Shown here: positions 44,514 through 46,130 of the stretch, piece after piece | How positions within the stretch are numbered: position 1 is the first letter of the stretch | Layout: every line of letters starts with the position of its first letter | DNA from: Limisphaerales bacterium | Lineage (GTDB): Bacteria > Verrucomicrobiota > Verrucomicrobiia > Limisphaerales > SIBE01 | Assembly (NCBI GenBank): GCA_044225505.1 | Contig: JBGAIN010000046.1 | Span: 1 to 46,130, forward strand | Direction of reading: 5' to 3' | DNA: 46,130 nucleotides | Notes under the pieces: generated by a model | The model's database searches: none | What the model saw: the letters and a program-made list of their open reading frames with translations, nothing else | Told to the model about the DNA's origin: nothing | Translations under genes and position numbers: made by a program

Positions 44514-45737
44514 ATGCACCCGCTAGGCGCGTCGAGTCCGCTTTCGACCAGTCCGGGCGTAACGCCGACGCCTGTCACGCGGAATGTGGCCATCGACACT
44601 TACCGAGGCTTCGTCATGCTCTTGATGATGGGGGAGGTGCTAAACCTGGGCAGAGTGGCTCGGGCCTTCCCGGGAAGTGCTTTCTGGGAGTTTCTGGCGT
44701 TTAACCAGTCCCATGTAGAATGGGTGGGCTGCTCGCTTCATGACACGATTCAGCCGGGGTTTAGCTTCCTCGTGGGCGTCGCTTTACCGTATTCAATCGC
44801 GAGCCGCCTGGCGAGAGGAGGCACTTTCTGGCGGATGTGGGGCCACGCGCTCTGGCGGTCGCTCGTCTTGATTAGCTTAGGCATATTCCTGCGTTCGACT
44901 CACAGTCCGCAGACGAATTTTACTTTCGAAGACACGCTAACGCAGATCGGCCTTGGCTATCCGTTCCTGTTCTTGCTTGGCTTTAAATCTGAGCGATGGC
45001 AATGGACGGTCTTAACGATACTGCTCTTTGGCTATTGGTTAGCTTGGGCATTGTATCCATTGCCTGGGCCGGGTTTCGACTATGGGGCCGTCGCTGTGCC
45101 ACCGAATTGGCCCCATTTGGCATCGGACTTCCCGGCGCACTGGAACAAGAACGCTAACCTTGGCAGTGCATTTGATCAATGGTTCTTGAACCTGTTTCCG
45201 CGATCCAAGCCGTTTGTTGCTAACGGTGGCGGTTATCTGACTCTAAGCTTTATCCCGACGTTGGGGACGATGATTCTGGGATTGGCGGCGGGCCGGTGGA
45301 TCCGGGCAACCTCGCCCAACGTGCCGTTGAGACGACTTGGACTCGCGGCGACACTCGGAATTGTCCTTGGTTTGCTGCTCCATTTCACCGGCATTTGTCC
45401 AGTGGTTAAACGGGTTTGGACGCCGAGTTGGACCCTTTTCAGCGGTGGCCTCTGTTTCTTCTTCCTCGCTGGATTTGCGTGGCTGACGGAGGTTAAGGGA
45501 TGGCGCCGATGGGCGTTCCCGCTGGTGGTAATCGGATCCAATTCCATCGCAGCTTACCTGATTGCTCACCTGTGGGAGCAGTTCATGTTTACATCGCTGC
45601 AAACACATTTGAGCGATGGGGCGTTCCGGTGGCTTGGAATCGGCCTGGAACCGCTGTTACGTGGGTTGGCCGTCTTGGCGATTTACTGGGCCATTCTCTA
45701 CTGGATGTATCGGCGCAGGATCTTCTTAAAGATTTAG
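44514..45737 (+). CDS. HGSNAT-like / DUF5009 membrane acyltransferase
   Basis: [46 protein letters not shown] and GSNSIAAY, with multiple TM helices. Confidence 0.88.
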   Translation: MHPLGASSPLSTSPGVTPTPVTRNVAIDTYRGFVMLLMMGEVLNLGRVARAFPGSAFWEFLAFNQSHVEWVGCSLHDTIQPGFSFLVGVALPYSIASRLARGGTFWRMWGHALWRSLVLISLGIFLRSTHSPQTNFTFEDTLTQIGLGYPFLFLLGFKSERWQWTVLTILLFGYWLAWALYPLPGPGFDYGAVAVPPNWPHLASDFPAHWNKNANLGSAFDQWFLNLFPRSKPFVANGGGYLTLSFIPTLGTMILGLAAGRWIRATSPNVPLRRLGLAATLGIVLGLLLHFTGICPVVKRVWTPSWTLFSGGLCFFFLAGFAWLTEVKGWRRWAFPLVVIGSNSIAAYLIAHLWEQFMFTSLQTHLSDGAFRWLGIGLEPLLRGLAVLAIYWAILYWMYRRRIFLKI

Positions 45738-46130
45738 GGTCTGCCTGATGACCCCCTAACTCCGCGGTCGCACGGTGGCGAATACGTTCCACCGACGTCA
45801 GGTCGTCCCGTGAACCGGGTCGAACTCGTGCGGCGCTCCAGGTTCAATGGCTTGCCAATGGGCGCCGATCATTCAGAAATGGAGACAGAGCTTACCGCAG
45901 GTCATTGCCGTATTTTCCCTAGATTCATGTCCGTAGAGAAGAGCTGTTGCTTCAGGGGTGCATCTCGACAGTACCACCCTTTGATGGCGTGCGGACTTGA
46001 GTCCGCCGGACCGTCCGATGCGGCCAGCAGCGCTCGAATCCTTCGCGATCGCGGTCGTGCCTGCGGACATTCCTGCGGGATAAATCCTAATGCCATTCGG
46101 TAATTGCCTCCTGGCGCCCCGGATGGGGCA

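Noticed and set aside
45738..46130. tRNA/ncRNA, or the 3' end of a minus-strand gene (frame open from the window edge to 45902)
   Set aside because: No cloverleaf or T-loop signature, and the open frame has no identifiable motif. Sequence beyond the window is needed.

Overview
This is a gene-dense, moderately GC-rich bacterial chromosomal segment. The protein families (CotH/lamin-tail giant protein, PF14100-type protein, UvrB/C-motif protein, sulfatase, Gfo/Idh/MocA, DUF11) suggest a PVC-superphylum organism, most likely Verrucomicrobiota; this is inference only. Positions 1-7054 hold a complete heme-A cytochrome c oxidase cluster: ctaA (partial), ctaB, subunits I, III and IV, two tiny membrane ORFs, subunit II, SCO and DUF420. 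Next come a UvrB/C-motif protein, a divergent dihydropteroate-synthase-like protein, an SGNH esterase, a sulfatase, an RND pump with its MFP, a 2232-aa lamin-tail/CotH exoprotein and ArsC. After an 11-bp x5 tandem repeat come an HDOD regulator, a TPR protein, a GT2 and an FMN reductase. The rest comprises sugar-catabolism-type genes (two TIM-barrel epimerases, two Gfo/Idh/MocA, PF14100-like, PQQ-propeller/LamG), a YncE-phosphoesterase, a DUF11 protein, a luxE-luxC-queD trio, a split gene and an HGSNAT-like acyltransferase. I recognised no rRNA, tRNA, CRISPR array or mobile element. Most notable: (1) the A-family oxidase subunit I lacks the K-channel lysine, while subunit II carries an extra intramembrane Glu, and the operon includes a CxxC micro-protein and a His-rich insert in subunit III; (2) a luciferase-less LuxE/LuxC acid-reductase pair sits directly upstream of queD; (3) a FolP homolog lacks key catalytic motifs; (4) promoter geometry repeatedly points to leaderless mRNAs. 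All family assignments come from motifs recognised by eye; no database search was run.
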